A model generated the notes under the pieces. The model made no database searches. It was not told the origin of the DNA and was given only the letters and a program-made list of their open reading frames with translations. From an uncultured Nitrososphaeraceae archaeon (GTDB taxonomy: Archaea > Thermoproteota > Nitrososphaeria > Nitrososphaerales > Nitrososphaeraceae): 64,000 nt of DNA. This document shows positions 50,436-62,114 of this stretch, one piece after another; position 1 is the first letter of the stretch; each line of letters opens with the position of its first letter. The DNA lies in assembly GCA_963825865.1 (NCBI GenBank), contig CAWGVG010000060.1, positions 205,929 to 269,928 of the forward strand, in the 5' to 3' direction. The position numbers were made by a program, and so were the translations under genes.

Positions 50436-51108
50436 GCAATACTAAAAGAATTGTCTGATGATCTTTGTTTCTATGTCATGTAAGACAAACTCTCCTGCTA
50501 TTTATCTGGCAATAGGCAGCAATAACTTTAGCACTCGTAACAGCGGCTAGCTTTACACATTATTCAGCATTAGCGGTTTCAAAGAAAGGTAGCAGTAGCA
50601 GCAATACCAAGGGGACTTCTAGGTACTAGCACTAATCCCAAGTCCGTATCTTCAAAGGAGTTAAAATCTTTTATAAGTTGTATAACTACAGCAAATAACT
50701 CACAAGGACTTACCCATAAGATAGTCACAGGCTGTCTTGATACAGCTAAGGGTATTCCTCCTGCTGCTCCAGGGTACTACAGCAGGAGCTGCAACTTCTG
50801 GCAGCAGTGCTAGTTCTACTACTGGCTAAACAACAATATCATATAAACAAGGGAATTGATTTTCATATAAGTTCCCTGGATCTATCTTTTCAACCTGCTT
50901 ATACTACGTTACAGTCATTACTAATACAAAAAACTAACGATACTACTATTGTTAAATCCGTTAATTATTATTTTTCTGGGATTCGATCAGCCTGATTGAC
51001 GAAAATGGTTACGCCTGATAAAAAGCTAAAAACGGTATTCAAAATAAAGACACAATAAGAGTTATTCGAAAAGCTGAATTAGGCTGACCTAACAAAAATA
51101 GAGAGCTA

Positions 51109-51444
51109 TTAAAACATAGTAACGAATGAAAGGAAATCTGGTTGCAGAAGCATATAGAGAAGGATTACTTTTTGAGAAAAATATTGGTAATTGGCAAAAA
51201 CACTTTTTATCAAGGATGGAAAACCAGAAATCATATTATCCAATATCCGAGATACCTGGCCTGGCGGTGGAGAAGTATAATTATGAATTTGAGGATAAAA
51301 AGTTGTATTGGTGATTGTTTTATTATATGATGATTCAATAGTATTTTCTTGAGCAAATACATATTGTTGCAGTGATGCGTGTCCTATAGGATTAATCGTA
51401 GGAAATATTACCAACACAGTTGATGCCACAAATGCAAAGAGCAT
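51109..51444 (-). CDS. Secreted hypothetical protein, probably truncated
   Basis: Signal peptide ending VFA-Q. Confidence 0.4.
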   Translation of the reverse strand: MLFAFVASTVLVIFPTINPIGHASLQQYVFAQENTIESSYNKTITNTTFYPQIHNYTSPPPGQVSRILDNMISGFPSLIKSVFANYQYFSQKVILLYMLLQPDFLSFVTMF

Positions 51445-52501
51445 TATCAGACTCCCCCCTCATCGTAAGTTACTGATTTTGTGAATAATGCAACAGTAGT
51501 AGAGTTCAGTTGGTCGGTTGCAAAACCAAAGCAGTAAGTCAGTCAGTCGACATTAACGTAATGAAATTGGTGGCGACAAATCCGGAAAATAAAAAATAGA
51601 TATTGTTTTCTCTATTTATTTCATTTTGCTGTAACCGACAGACTAGCGACACGACAAAAGTCGGTGCAGATAAGGCTGTCATAGCACAGTGTGAAGCAAT
51701 GTCGTATCATTCAAACTGGTATTCGCAGAGTCATAGAGTCAAGTACGAAAAGGATAGTAGACATACAGGCGGCTTGCATTACCTTTCAAGCGTAGAAATT
51801 GAATGCCATTACGAGATGAGCATGGTGAAATTGAACACTTGAGCTTGCAAATTGAACATAAATAAAAACAAGAAAAAGAAGAAAAAGGAGGCAGCAGAAT
51901 TGACTGGGAGGAATAAAGTCCAGGAGCTAAGCAGCCAGGGATCCGGCCAGAGAGGGTTAGGCTTTGGGCGGGATGACTCTTCAAATCTCTGAAATATATA
52001 TCTGTAATATGCTGTCCACAATTCAGATTTATCGTAAAATCGTAGAAGACGTTGCGGAATTTTTCTAAAGAGAACTACGTTCCTATTATAATGCAGCATA
52101 TTATGCTAGACATTATTACGAAGCTCATGTTTTTGATTGAAACCACATTAGTCCAGTCCTAATAGGTACTTAAGGTGTACATGCAAATGATTTTACATAT
52201 ACACCTTCTCTTTTTAGCATCACAGCTACCTGTCGAATTAGATCAAATTCGGAACCATCGTCGGCAGCATATTCTTGTTGCTTTTGTTCTTTACATTGCT
52301 TAATGACCCGTCTTCTTATTATGTTGAGTATTTTTCCTCTCATTGGTATTAATTATATAATCAGGACATAAAAATAACGTGTATTACTGATCAATTCTTT
52401 TGTTTGAAGTCTCAAATATCAGGTCGAAATTTCAGTTAGCCCAATGAATCGTTCTAAAATACTGCAGCAGAAGTTACTGTCTGTCTATCGTTCTGTAGTT
52501 G

Positions 52502-55433
52502 TTAATATTCTAGAATGGGTCTGCGTATTACTTCTAATCTCTTCTCATAATCTTCTTTCTTTCTTTTTCTTTTTATTGCCATTGCTTCATATCCTCTCTT
52601 TTCTTCCTCTTTTTCTCGCATTTTTACATCTATTTTTTGTGGTTTTTCTGCCCACTCTTTAATCCATTCTTTGATAATATTCAGGCTATCTTCTGCTGGC
52701 CTTCTTACAAAACCATCCAAATCATGTCCAGCAACCCATGATAGTTGATTGATGGAATCTATCATCCTAGCATTAGACTCTGACTGCTGTGCATCAGGAT
52801 CTGCAAGTGCTGTACATGCATTAACTTTTACTCTTTGACGTTTATCTTTTAGCAGACGTTTTAAACAATCAAATACTCTTTGATTTGTTTGTTCACTTTT
52901 TGTAACTAAGAACTTACCTAAAGCAGAAGTTGAAGTCAGCCTTATATAGTATTCATTCTCATCCCCAGTCTTTTCAATCAGAAAGTTTGCAATTTTATCT
53001 ATATCGGCAACACTCATGTAGTTATCTTTGGAAAATTCCTTCAACCCGTTGATTGCTCCCTGAGCAAGGAGATTTTGAAATGTTTTTGTATTGTCAACAA
53101 GGTTTTTCAATCTATCAACAATTTCCATTTTCTTCTTTGAGTTTTCAGATGGAGGAAGATCCCTACCACACTTTCCAATTGCAGTTGCTGCTTCTCTTTC
53201 AACAAAATAGCTTTCATCTTGCAATAGCTCTATCAGCATATCAAGTGATTCTTGTCTTCCAAATGCTCCTATGTTGGTCACTACTGCACGTCTAACTTGT
53301 GGAGCTAGTCTAGACAAAGTCTGTTTATCAAAGCACTTTTTCAAAGATTGGTATGCCTTATCACTGTTGCTATAGTCGCTTTTATCACTATATGATCCAA
53401 TAGTATTTGCAGCTTCTGCAGATACAGCATAAAAGTTATCATATTTTAAAACTACCTCTTGCAATGTAGAAATTATACTATCGTCTACATAATTCTTGTC
53501 TTTAAGAATACGCGCGGCTTGTATTCTTTCAAATATTGTTTTGCCGTATTTTAATTGGTTTGCAAGCATATCCTTTAAACTAAAATTCTCATTTTCCTCT
53601 GTTATCTTCAAAGACTTTATTTCATTTAATACCTTAAACTCTGGATCTATTGATATCCACTTTATATGTACATCTTTTGGGATATCTTCGTGTATGGTGT
53701 ATTCTGTTACTTTTTGTGATATTTGAATAGTCTCTGGTGTTTTATCGTTATTGTCATTTGACAACACCACTCTCACTCCTAATGGAAATTCAAATGCAAT
53801 ATTGTTGCTACCTTCTTCTTGTTGTTGTATCCGTGTTATTTTTATTTTTAATTCTTGTTTGTTATGACCTGATTCTTCTTTTTCCAATAAAGAATATTCT
53901 ATCTCAAGCTCAGGATGTCCTGCTCTGTATAGCCATTGATTAAAAAATTGTTGTAAGCTTTCTCCTGATACTTCCTCAAAGACTTTGCGAAGGTCATCAG
54001 TCTCAACTGCTTTATATGAGTGTCTCTCAAGGTAAAGTTTTAAAGCTCTTTTAAAATTCTGATTACCAACGTGTTGTCTAAGCATATGTAAGACACATCC
54101 ACCTTTTCGATATGAATGATTATCAAATAGTTCTTCTGGGCTTTTATAGACATTAGTTACAATTGGTCGTTTGTATTTGTTCTTAGCTTCATCAAAATAC
54201 AGGTCTGATGTTTGTAATATTTTATATTGGAATTCATCATCTCTTCTTCTCTTATCTCTTCTTTCCCAGTAATTTTCCCAATACAATGCCTCACAAAAAG
54301 TTGCAAAGCCTTCATTGAGCCAAATATGTGACCATTCCTTACAAGTTACCAAGTCACCAAACCACTGATGGGAAAGTTCATGGGATACATCGAATAGATC
54401 AAATGTATAATCAAGCATGGCTCGCTTATCGTGTAAAATATTTCTTGTTAAAGTAGTGCAACTTGCGTTTTCCATACCACCAAATTCAAAGTCGTCTACC
54501 GCAAGTTGAGAGTACTTTTCGTATGGATATGCTGTACCGAAATATTCTATAAAGAATCTCATTACATGAGGCGTGTCTCTAAAAGTCAACATTGCATCAT
54601 AACCAAACCTTTCAATGTCCTTGGGCCAGTAATAATCCAATGGAACATTATCATCATCGCCATCATTATTATGCTCGCTTCCAACATTCTTACAACCTTC
54701 TTTATGATGTGAAAAATTGCTTAAAACGGCTACTGATGTAAGATAAGTAGATATCGGCCTTTGTTCAATCCAAGTCCACGTAGTTGTTGTTGTAGTATTT
54801 TCTTTATTCGTTGATTCCTTACTACACTTGCCGTTAGATATTACAGTATATCCTTCAGGAACTGTAACTTGAATTTCTCTTGGGAATTTGACTTGAGGAT
54901 CATCAAGACATGGAAACCAATACCTTGATTCTATCATTTCACCTTGCGTCCAAGCCTGCTTTGATGATGAATTCTCATCATTATTTGCTATGAAATGAAA
55001 TCCACTTCTAGGCGTTCTAATATCAATATTATTACCATGTCTATTAGGATTATGATGATTATAATAATAACCAGCTGTATATTTGATATAGAGGTCAATG
55101 GTAGCATGTTTTGGTAATTTTTTATCTAGTCTGATAACTATCTTATCTTCTTCTGTTTTATCATCAGGTACTATAAACATGATGGCTATTAGAAAGACAA
55201 ACAACTTCTCTTGTATCTAATTCAGCAATATCTAGCTTAATTTCATTTAGATCCTGTTGTGCGGTAATTCGTAATTGCTCTTCACAATCCTTGAGAATTT
55301 TTGAATTGAAATCAGGTTTTATTTTAAGTAGCATGTGGTCTATTTTAAATGGTAAGAATGGCGGATAGTGTAGCGTACTGCCTTCCAATTCAAATTTTTG
55401 TGATGTGATATCTGTACTAGATTGTATATTCAA
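52502..55433 (-). CDS. pepN: M1 family aminopeptidase N with C-terminal HEAT repeats (frameshift near 55200)
   Basis: WTQGE..SRYWFPC.D.P, GGMEN, HELSHQWFGDLVT..W..IWLNEGFA, YRKG..VLHMLR; HEAT repeats. Confidence 0.93.
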
Positions 55434-55871
55434 TTATACGATTTGCTTATTAAGGAAAGCTATAAAAGATTTGTCCCTTAATTGGTAGGTTAACAACATA
55501 AAGTCAGCAATGGTCAAGTAAGATCGGGTAATAAATTGGCTATACCACTTTTTGAGTATAGTTAGAACATTCAAAATTAGCCATAAATGTCTGATCCTTT
55601 AATATATGATGGAAAAATATTTCATAGTTACTACAGTTTTATATTATAAACCAACAAACATAACCTTACTATGAACACTAATCAGGCAACAGTTCCTTAG
55701 TGTATTACACGCAATATTATTACCAGTGTCTTTGTGTTTTACATTCTTGATGGGAAATTTGTTTGTCATGGATCCAGAAGTCAACGTGATTGAGATCGTA
55801 GCCAAAAATATACTGAGCCTATCCCAAAAATGGCAGATAGACATATAGCTTGAAGGATTCTTTCTATAGAT

Positions 55872-56045
55872 GTGCCTTATAGACCAATCAAACATCTTCC
55901 ATCAATTAGAAAAATTCCAGATGAATTATGGGATGAAATTAAGATAATACTTCCAACTGAGAAAGCAAATAATACCACAGGACGTCCTGTTATTTCATTT
56001 AGAAAAGTTCTGGATGGCATTCTATATATTTTAAGAACTGGGTGC
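55872..56045 (+). mobile_element. IS5-family transposase N-terminal stub (DUF4096)
   Basis: IPDELWDEIKIILP...GRP....RKVLDGILYILRTGC, cut off where QW normally follows. Confidence 0.85.
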
Positions 56046-56106
56046 TTCTCCTCGCGCTGATCGCTTCTTGGCTCTGTTGGAAGCTTGGCTGCGTGGTTCC
56101 GTCATC

Positions 56107-57797
56107 CTAATATGGCGTTCGATTGAAGCGCCGACGGTATGGGGCATAGTATGGACTGCTGATCGCCTCGGTGCGGCTCGCTAGCTCGGCGGTAATGGCG
56201 GCAGAATGAGCCCGTAGTATCTCGTCGTAGAATGCGCCAAGGTCCTCCTTCATTATTGACCTCGACGAGCGATGATCCTTTGAATCATTGTCCAGATAAA
56301 TCATATGTCCCGACGGATAGGTGCGAAAGACAAGGTTTGCCATCACAGGCTCTTGGTTCCTTGGGTTGCCTAGCGGCATATTTTCTAAATCCAACATAGT
56401 TTGGAAGAACGGTGTGACAGCATCAAAATATCCATCTGCACAAAAGACTTTGAGGTATGGGTTTAGCTCCATAGAGGCGGCGAGATCGCCGGCCGTGTAT
56501 AGAGTTCCTGGCCCACCCTTTGGCGCTCCGGTTGGATCGACATGGTCAAAATCCCAGTTCTTGAACGCTAGATCGTTAAGGTCCATGAACGGAGACGTCG
56601 ACGTATACTTAAGCTCTTCATTCAGATACACGTTCCACATGGTGGTATAAACACCACCTACAGCAGTTAGGGTAGGATCATTTCCCCCAGAATTCGGATC
56701 CACTGATCCGGCGATTCCTGCGTCATTTGCAGTGACACGGCCATCGTACGCACCCACTGCTAGGTCCTTGTCCTTCAAAAGTCTGATCAGATAAATCCGT
56801 GCCGTTACCAGGCGGGATCGAGTTTCCAATGCATAAGTACATCTGGTTGGGATCCCGAGAATCTGGCTCAGAAATTGAAGTGTGGCTGGATCGACGTTTG
56901 GATAGGTCGCCTTTGCTGAACTGCTCACACGCGAATTCCTCAACCTGCTTCATAAAACTGGCCAGTTTCTCTAAGGTTGGGGGAGGCGACACTGTCACCT
57001 TGTTGTGAAACAAAGCATCCGCGGCAAAAGTTGGAAGTATACCAACAGAACCGTTTGGTTGAGAGTAGTCGAGAATTGAAGACTGCAGAATTATCCCGTT
57101 CAGATCCACACCATCTTCATGAAGCAACCAAGTCAACACACAGGTTCGCGGTGTCCCATATGATTCTCCGAATAGGAATTTTGGTGAGTTCCAGCGACCG
57201 TACACGGTCAGATAACGCTTTATAAATTGCCTAATCGATTTTGCGTCCTGATCTACGCCCCAGAAATCCTTGTTTTTCCCAGGAGAAGATTGCCGTTGAA
57301 TACCCGGTCCCCACAGGATTAATGAAAACAAGGTCCGTGCGGTCGAGCAGACTGTCGGCATTGTCTTCCAGCGCGTAAGGCGCGGGAGGGGTAAAATTAG
57401 GCATGCTGGTCTTGATGCGTCGTGGCCCAAATGACCCCAGCAATAGAAACACCGAAGATGATCCCGGGCCCCCGTTATAAAAGAAAGTCACAGGACGGCT
57501 CGACGCCTCGACGTCGTTCGCGGTGAATGATACATAAAAAATCTTGGCGGAAGGTCGCGCGCTATATTGATCATATGTCACAAGATGACCAGCGCGCGCG
57601 GTATATGAGATGGTTGCCCCATTGATCGTGATGCTTTGCTGCGTAACTGCAGCGTTCTCAGTCGCATCACTTATTGAATCGTCTGGGCCCGATCCATATA
57701 GTGTAGTATCGAGAAGGGGTTGGTCCGACCCCTTCTCCGCCCGATCCATAACTGATTCATTCATGTTTGGTTCTCCCGAGGTTAGATAACGTGACAT
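56107..57797 (-). CDS. Serine carboxypeptidase S10 family, bacterial-like, two frameshifts
   Basis: RPVTFFYNGGPGSSS, DLVFINPVGTGYS, FLFGESYGTPR, GYFDAVTPF, YPSGHMIY; GC-rich. Confidence 0.9.
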
Positions 57798-58178
57798 AAC
57801 GCCTCACCTGGATTTGGAAATTTTCACCATTTGTTGAATGTTCGTGAGTATATGTTCGATTAAAACATTTATCTGCAGCTTGCCTTGGGGATTTGCTGGC
57901 ATAATGATGAAGACTCATAGGAGCCTGGTCCTACAGTAAGTTTGTGTTACCATGGATTTAAGTGTCAATCTGGTGTTATTAAGGAATTTGGTAAAAGAGA
58001 TATTTATAATCAGCAGTAGGTATGTGCTAAGTAAGTAAGGCTTATCATACCTTGTCCTAGACTGATACAAGTCGTAAGGACTGAGCTAAGCTGAGGTTAT
58101 CATATTAATAGTAACTGAATGACAAACTTACTTCTTTTAAATACGACGGCAAGAAATCAAAATGTGTGGCAACAATAA

Positions 58179-58500
58179 TCAAAAAACTTGATTTCTTGTT
58201 GTTATTTCCCCAATTTGCTGTTCTTGTTTTCCTTCACCTTCCTTATCGGACTTTTCATCATCATAATCATAATCTGGCCCCATAGATTCTTTGTTGTTGT
58301 CTTCATTGCCGCTGCTATCTGAAGAAGGAGAAGAAGAAGCTGAACTTTTTACCTGCTCTTCTTTATCTTTGGACTTTTCAGATTCTGATACAAACCTAAT
58401 GGCATCGTCAACTACAATAGCATTAGTTAATAGTTCAAGCTTCATAGAATAACACCCTTTAGCCAAAGACAATGCCTTGCATCTTTTTTTATCCATATGA
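58179..58500 (-). pseudogene. C-terminal remnant of a recurrent Nitrososphaeraceae HTH protein family
   Basis: ALSLAKGCYSMKLELLTNAIVVDDAIRFVS...TTRNQVF*. Confidence 0.55.
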
Positions 58501-58501
58501 A

Positions 58502-58780
58502 TGGTATGGAATAAGCCCATTGCCACCATCTAGCAGTCCATTCTCCATATGTCAAATTGTATGGTTTAGAGTTTGCTGAAAATACCTGTACTTCCATTGC
58601 TAGTGCTACCAGTCAAGGGAATACTAAGATTTGCCATTGTAGTGGATGTTATTGGTGAGATGAGTTGCAGCAGTTGCAGTTGAGTTTGCCTAAAATAGCT
58701 TGAATTGGCCTGCTGAGACTCTAAATACAAAAGAGCGGAAAAATACTCCTGCTATTACAGGCAGTATTTTCATTATTCAT
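58502..58780 (-). pseudogene. N-terminal remnant of a secreted protein
   Basis: VFSANSKPYNLTYGEWTARWWQWAYSIP, then an abrupt switch to the unrelated remnant downstream. Confidence 0.6.
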
Positions 58781-59324
58781 TTCAAAGCGAAACCAACCAA
58801 AAAATCTGCTATACTGCCAAAACCAATAATACTTATGATATTATGGTAAAAGTAGTTTCACACTATATACGTCCATATCTAATTTTGTTACTACTCCAAA
58901 AATCATATATTATATCATCAGTTGATAATAATGATTGATAACGATTATCTTCAAATCTCTTCTTCAGGTTTATGTGAAGACAATTCATTTTCTAACTGTA
59001 ACCTATTAACCTAGAGAAAATAAACAATCAGATTACTCGTGCATATATAAGTGAAAAGATAAATGAATCTCAATATAAAATTGTAGATAAAATGATTTCA
59101 GAATACTATAATAAAATAAAAGATAAGGACAAAATAAGTCACAGTAATAATTCTGCTAATCAACATGAGTCCCATCTGGTGGATATATAGCTGGTATCTA
59201 TTAGACTGGTATATATATATATAGCTGGTAATATTTATCAGTGAGCAATACGGATAACCCTTTGTCAAAAAAATAAGGGGGATAGGATATTTCCTGTTAT
59301 AAACAGGACATTTCCGATACTAGC

Positions 59325-59535
59325 CAGAACAATTTGAAAGCTTGAGTATCTTTAGATATTAAGGCGATGGGGTCCTTTTCTTGTGATTTATTATCGTCAT
59401 CCACTCTTGTAAATTTCCTTATGATAGACCCTATATCTGCAAATGACATATGTACCTCTTGTGCAATTTCCCTAATGGTTTTACCTTGTTGGGTTCAATA
59501 ACGCGTTGTTCTTTCTCTGTTCTATTTAGCATCAT
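59325..59535 (-). pseudogene. N-terminal HTH remnant
   Basis: MMLNRTEKEQRVIE..QQGKTIREIAQEVHMSFADIGSIIRK...SKDTQAFKLF. Confidence 0.7.
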
Positions 59536-59692
59536 TCTATATTATAGCACCATATAGTTTCTCATCGTATCCAGCTAGACTTTTTGTTACTAAATCAATT
59601 ATCTTTCTGTCCGCGACTTATCATCCAACTTTATCATTATGTCATTATTTATGTCAACTAATCAACACCGGTTTTTATAGTTGGATAAAGTT

Positions 59693-59701
59693 TTATCCAC
59701 A
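59693..59701 (+). promoter_or_regulatory. DnaA box TTATCCACA overlapping the palindrome GGATAAAGTTTTATCC
   Basis: Perfect consensus 9-mer about 170 nt upstream of the gcrA-like gene. Confidence 0.4.
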
Positions 59702-59872
59702 TTGCCGGTTCGGGGATGGATGGCGGCGGAGCGGGCCTGACAGTGATCCGTGGCCGCAGTAACGGCCTGAGTTCCTCGCCGCTGGCCGGTGGCAGATCGT
59801 CGAGAAACCGGGACCGCCAAAATGGTGCCTCGAAAGGCGGGCATTCGACGAGTGCTGGGGTGGAGGCTCGCT

Positions 59873-60295
59873 ATGCTCTGGACCGAAGATGAAATCCGCG
59901 AACTGATTGCGTTGTGGCCGACGAACTCGGCGACGCAGATCGCCAGCCAATTGCAGCGCCCGGCCGCCGCGATCACCGGCAAGGTGAAGCGGCTGCGCGA
60001 CGAGGGCCTACTGCCGGCCGAGACGATCAAGCATTACGATTTGGCGCCGGTGCAGACGCGGCCGAAACGCGCTTCTGCGGCATCGAACGATTTGCTCCAC
60101 GGTGGAGCAAATCCGACGAACGCCTTCTCCACGAGGGGGGAAGCGCCCTGCTCGATCCTCGATCTCGACGACAACCGCTGCCACTGGCCGCTCGGCGAGG
60201 TGCACGAGGTCGCTGCGCTGTTCTGCGGCGGGGCCACCGAGCCGGGCCGGCGCTACTGCACCCACCATCTGCGGCTAGCGCGCGGCCGGGCCTAG
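59873..60295 (+). CDS. gcrA: GcrA cell-cycle regulator family protein
   Basis: WTEDEIRELIALW...SATQIASQL....AAITGKVKRL and SILDLDDNRCHWPLGE...FCG...GRRYCTHH; GGAGG RBS at 59862. Confidence 0.9.
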   Translation: MLWTEDEIRELIALWPTNSATQIASQLQRPAAAITGKVKRLRDEGLLPAETIKHYDLAPVQTRPKRASAASNDLLHGGANPTNAFSTRGEAPCSILDLDDNRCHWPLGEVHEVAALFCGGATEPGRRYCTHHLRLARGRA

Positions 60296-60440
60296 ACCGG
60301 CCCAAAGATTGGCAGCGCGAGTCACTGGGGCGTTTATTTTGCCGGGCCGTTAGGACGGCCCTCAGAAAAAACTCACCCGACGGGCTCCCCTGCCCGCCCC
60401 CTCGCGGTCACGATCAGGAAGGCGACGGCGTGCCAGGTTT

Positions 60441-60641
60441 TCATCGGCGCCGCTCCGGGTAAAAGGCGGCGCCGGCCAGCACGCCGACGATGCCGGCCGC
60501 CCCTACTTCCCACAAATCGCGCGGCACGATATTGATCGGCTCGCCGATGGCCTGAGACAGGTTTGCGGCGAAGTTTTCATCGAACATAAAAACGCTTATC
60601 AGGGCCGTGGCTGTGGCCACGTAGAGCAGACGGTTGATCAT
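60441..60641 (-). CDS. Small two-TM membrane protein
   Basis: ATGA overlap with the upstream gene; two hydrophobic segments. Confidence 0.55.
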   Translation of the reverse strand: MINRLLYVATATALISVFMFDENFAANLSQAIGEPINIVPRDLWEVGAAGIVGVLAGAAFYPERRR

Positions 60642-61045
60642 TTCACCGGCTCGTTCTTCGGAGACTTTCCTTCACCGGTGCGCGCAGCCTTTGCGTCCGC
60701 GATAAAGCGCTTGGCGTGCCGCTCCGACAGCGCGATGTAGTAACCAGGCTGCGTGCTACAGGCGTCGAGCAGGCGGCGCCAGTTCTGATCGACCTTGCCC
60801 TCCCCGCCCTTGCGCTTGCCGACCGGTGGCTGTGGGCCGACGTCGGCCTCGATGATCTCGCGCGCCCGCATGAGCAGCTCGCCGAGTGCGGCACGGGGGT
60901 AGAAGCCGTCGTCCTCGTGCTGCCAATCGTTGCGCTTCAGCAAGGCCCGAATCTCGTTCTTCAGCTGGTCGAGCGGGGGTGTGTCGACTGGCGGGGCGTC
61001 AGCAACAGGATGTACGGGCGGCCGTGGGCTGCGCATTTCAGCCAT
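60638..61045 (-). CDS. DUF3102-like phage-associated protein
   Basis: LGELLMRAREII...NWRRLL...LSERHAKRFI resembles the DUF3102 pattern; start overlaps the antitoxin stop. Confidence 0.45.
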   Translation of the reverse strand: MAEMRSPRPPVHPVADAPPVDTPPLDQLKNEIRALLKRNDWQHEDDGFYPRAALGELLMRAREIIEADVGPQPPVGKRKGGEGKVDQNWRRLLDACSTQPGYYIALSERHAKRFIADAKAARTGEGKSPKNEPVK

Positions 61046-61445
61046 GCGGGCGAACTTCGGCGGCAATCCGCTTGCCGCTTTTCGTCTGCGCCTTCGATCC
61101 GATCTTTCTGGCTTTCTTTGATTTGAACGCCAGTTCGAGTCCGAGTGCATCGATGACACGCAGGATGGTGCCGAAGTTTGCGTTGTTCTCCGCCGACAGC
61201 GAGCGATAGAGATTTTCGCGGGACAGGCCGGTGGCTTTCGCCACTTTGGTCATACCGTGTGCGCGGGCGACAGCGCCAAGGGCGTGCTGGATGATGGCAG
61301 CTTCGCCCGGATCGCCGGGATTGCCGGTTGCGATGACTTCGTTAAGGTAGCCGATGATCCTGGCAGGGCTTGTGAGGTAGTCGGCCTCGTCGAATGGCTC
61401 GATTTTGAGATCGGCTTTAGTGAACAGCCTTTTGGTTTTTGGCAT
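61038..61445 (-). CDS. Addiction-module antidote protein (HI1420/HigA-like HTH)
   Basis: PFDEADYL....I.GYLN...ALGAVARAHGMTKVAKATGLSRENLYRSLS...N.NFGTILRVIDALGL. Confidence 0.92.
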   Translation of the reverse strand: MPKTKRLFTKADLKIEPFDEADYLTSPARIIGYLNEVIATGNPGDPGEAAIIQHALGAVARAHGMTKVAKATGLSRENLYRSLSAENNANFGTILRVIDALGLELAFKSKKARKIGSKAQTKSGKRIAAEVRPHG

Positions 61446-61448
61446 TGG

Positions 61449-61493
61449 TTACAACTCCTCGATCATGGTTCGCGCTCTGGCGATGTCGAGTCG
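61449..61493 (-). pseudogene. C-terminal stub of the cognate RelE-like killer toxin (HI1419 type)
   Basis: RLDIARARTMIEEL* ends 3 nt before the antitoxin ATG; upstream toxin body (GGDK motif) absent. Confidence 0.55.
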
Positions 61494-61646
61494 TGGCTCA
61501 CGGCCGCGAGATTCCCCCGACAACTTCAGCCCCGGTCATGCTGGGGCTGCTCTTTGTCCCTCTTTGTCCGCCTATCGACCCACCTCATCGCCGCGCATGC
61601 AATCGAAAGAACGCAGTATTCGGTTAGTGCCGAGGGAGGAAGCGTC

Positions 61647-62114
61647 TCAGTATCGAGCCCGATAGTCGCCGCGCCGCTGGTGCGCGAACAAGTACTGGGG
61701 ATTGATCCCGCAATAGGAAGCAGTACCGCTCGCGGTGGCCATGCATTGGGCGTAGCTGGAGAATTGGCAATTGCCGGGATAGCCCCATGGGCGCCCTTGC
61801 AAGCAGTACGTATCCTGTACGGTCCCAGCAGGCGCGGGCGATATTGATCCGACCTGGCGATAACGCCGACTGTTTCGTCTCACCGACGCCGTCGGACCCG
61901 CATAAAATGGGTTGGGGTTGCACTGCAATCCGCGGCCGGAAGCCGACGCCGCGCATTGGGCCATCGTATAGTAGGTGCAATCCTGGTAGGTACCTCCTCT
62001 CGGGGACACGACGTGCATGCAAACAGGGAAAGCCGGGTCATATGTCTGAGCCCAGGCGTTCCCTGCTGCTAAAACGACAGCTGCCGTCAAAATCGTCAAA
62101 GCCAAAGTGCGCAT
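61647..62114 (-). CDS. DUF3551 tandem-domain secreted Cys-rich protein (Bradyrhizobiaceae type)
   Basis: AQTYDPAFPVCM..DCTYYTMAQCAASASGRGLQCNPNPF and YCLQGRPWGYPGNCQFSSYAQCMATASGT..YCGINP. Confidence 0.88.
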   Translation of the reverse strand: MRTLALTILTAAVVLAAGNAWAQTYDPAFPVCMHVVSPRGGTYQDCTYYTMAQCAASASGRGLQCNPNPFYAGPTASVRRNSRRYRQVGSISPAPAGTVQDTYCLQGRPWGYPGNCQFSSYAQCMATASGTASYCGINPQYLFAHQRRGDYRARY

